Shown here piece by piece: positions 61,982-64,000 of a stretch of 64,000 nt of DNA. Position numbers and translations under genes: made by a program. The stretch comes from Gonapodya sp. JEL0774 (Eukaryota). Where the stretch lies: positions 62,001-126,000 of the forward strand of contig JADIIX010000044.1 in NCBI GenBank assembly GCA_027604505.1. Direction: 5' to 3'. The notes beneath the pieces were generated by a model. The model was given only the letters and a program-made list of their open reading frames with translations. It was not told the DNA's origin and did not search any database. How positions within the stretch are numbered: the stretch's first letter is position 1; the number at the start of each line of letters is the position of its first letter.

Positions 61982-63584
61982 ATGGCCTCCAGGCATCGCT
62001 CTGTATCACATGGTGGTCAACACTCCCTTGATTGGGGCTCTATTTCTTCGAGCTTCATTTCCTTAGCTGGACGCGAGCTGAGGGAACCCAACTGGCCGTT
62101 AGTGAATACACCACTGGTGGCCGAACTCCGAACAAAAATTAAGGAGAACAGGGCTGTGGTAATAACTGGCACAGGGGTTACAGGTACTTGACTTTCAACA
62201 TCTTGCACCACGGGAGGCTCGAGGGCTTATTATAATTTTTCGAATCAACACTATAGCCAACCTCTGTGGTCGTCGTGCCCCACCACAAGCCCGAGGATGG
62301 GCCCGTTTTGTGATTGCACTTGGCGACGAATGTCAGCGGATTTTCCAACTTGACCAGAGTTGGCGCGAAGAGGTTGGATTGGCAACTCTCACCCACAATG
62401 CACCGGCAGAGGATATTCAGAAGGTGTCCCAGAGGCTTTTGGAATGGCACAGATCCATGGTCGACAAGAGTGTGGCAAGTCCTTGGGAGCTGTTCAATCA
62501 CATTGCTGTGAGTAGGCCATAACGTTAGAGGACAAACACTTTGAAAATCGGGTCATCTTTGCCAAGTGGCTTCTCTTTAGTGATCTCAGGGTTGAGGATC
62601 ATAGAATGGCAGAGGTGTTGGATCGTCTGGGAATATGCATCATGACAACGAATTACGGTCTGTTTTGAGCCCTCATCTTGACCCATCCAATATGTTGAAG
62701 TAGTCGCTCTCCAGATACTCTTGTCGATGTTGCTCTTCGCCGCATACCTCTGCGACTGGAAGATTTGGCGAAACGGGGGGATGGGTATGTTAGCGTGCGC
62801 GCGATTGCTCTGATGTGTGCATAAAGTGACCTCCATTCCAGTTGGTCACAGTTTGTCGACGGCACGGGCTTTTCTCGACATTCACGATATATTCTTCACC
62901 TTCATGGTATCTTCTATGATGCAGAGGTGAGCACTGAGATGCATTAGCAAACCATTCTTCTCCGCGAATCGTCTGTTCGTCTTTCTTTTCAAGGATATTG
63001 TCCTCGCCCGCTCGACGTATCAAGAAACCCAACATACCTTTCTCACCGCGCTAAGCTCCCTCATCAAGGGCAAGTTCACTGACTTTGATCGGGAGGACGT
63101 GAGATCCACATCCCTTATTTTTGTTGGGGCTTCGCCTGCGTCCATGATCGACCTCCACTTTCGAGGGCTGTGGCGCGCCATGGAGAACCAGGCACACATT
63201 CTACCACAAAAACATTACATCCTTGTAAGGCAACAAGAGTACGACTTGGCTCTCAAGGAATTGGAGCCATATCAGCGGCATGGAAGAATGGAACTATGTC
63301 CAATAATCTATGGTGCGTTTGATGGTACTGCTCGCATTATGTTTGTTACACATTGAAAAGATCCCCCAATTTCCGCTACGACAGGTCACGACTTTCATGA
63401 TCTCCCGAGTTTTGTAGCGTGTTTATGTCCCGATTTTGCAATGTCAGGTTTCGTGACTCCTGATAAGTCCAGGTCGGTAAGCGAGGGGAACCTGACCCTG
63501 CCCCCTTTGCCGCCTATCGAAGGCTCACTATCGGAGCCGGATGTCGACGTTCAACCTGATGAGAGAATCCCCATTAAGAAGTGA
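61982..63584 (+). CDS. Stand-alone SIR2-like (SIR2_2; FAM118/SIRal-type) protein
   Basis: Spliced product: AVVITGTGVTA...W..FVIAL...IMTTNYDTLVD...ILHLHGIFYDAEDIVL..STY...SLIFVGA...HF..LW...KHYILVR...PIIYGHDFHDLPSFV. Confidence 0.85.
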
Positions 63585-63845
63585 GAAGTTGAAGTTCGAA
63601 CACACTTTGCATGCCATATGATTTAGATCTGTAAAATAGTTTCGTAATTTTAGAAACCCAGCAGTGTATTTTAGATGCCGCAAAGTTTATTTAAATAGAC
63701 AGTACAGTCTCAGCTTGCTGCTTGGACTTATAGTCAGTAATCGGGGGAGTAATCGGGGAGGGTCCTCGGTTGGCCTCTGCTTAAGTCGCGCAGTGCTGGT
63801 GACCAGGTGAACCCGGCGTTCAGCTTCCCAATCATACAGAATCCA

Positions 63846-64000
63846 ATGACTCGGAAAACCACCAAGAAGACCACCGCATCCAAAGCATCTGAGGCGAATC
63901 ATGACTCGGATGGCACAGAGGACTCCGCACTCTCCATGGAAACTATTCGGAGAGGATCGATGCGGCAGGCTACTCAACGTGCGAACGCGCGGATCACGGC
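63846..64000 (+). CDS. 5' end of a hypothetical protein running off the window
   Basis: ATG followed by an open frame MTRKTTKKTTASKASEANHDSD...RQATQRANARIT to the window edge. Confidence 0.5.
   Translation, partial: MTRKTTKKTTASKASEANHDSDGTEDSALSMETIRRGSMRQATQRANARIT

Noticed and set aside
63687..63977. 96-aa minus-strand ORF
   Set aside because: Antisense shadow of the more protein-like plus-strand ORF starting at 63846
1..64000. Selenoprotein (in-frame TGA), tRNA, rRNA, riboswitch or transposase genes
   Set aside because: Apparent internal stops resolve as introns; no cloverleaf, rRNA, TPP aptamer or TE protein motifs recognised by eye (not exhaustively excluded)

Overview
Gene-dense, intron-rich eukaryotic DNA (GT-AG introns mostly 50-90 nt), not prokaryotic; the ORF track shows only exon fragments. 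Gene content (RABL2, NEDD1, hybrid histidine kinase, ERG8-type phosphomevalonate kinase) points to a flagellated early-diverging fungus (inference). About 21 protein genes were reconstructed by eye: hybrid His kinase, SAM-methyltransferase-like protein, RasGEF, MSH2, CDC6, Tag1/DUF3712 repeat protein, NEDD1, ERG8, PPAT/CAB4, PABPN1/Pab2, RidA-family deaminase, TAF1C/Rrn6, cytosolic AsnRS, a nucleotidyltransferase-like protein, GPI16, a coiled-coil protein, RABL2, an MCT-type MFS transporter, YCII, a FAM118/SIRal-type SIR2 protein and a partial gene. Most interesting: (1) a 757-nt AsnRS intron that looks like two abutting introns joined at a zero-length AG|GT exon, each half carrying a structured H/ACA-like RNA; (2) a stand-alone FAM118/SIRal-like SIR2 protein, related to antiphage NADases; (3) a C-to-G skew wave phased to splice sites that flips synonymous codon usage within exons; (4) a C/D-box-like structured RNA in an MSH2 intron. 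No tRNA, rRNA, CRISPR array or intact transposon was recognised. All calls come from manual motif recognition; no database searches were run, and some start codons are approximate.
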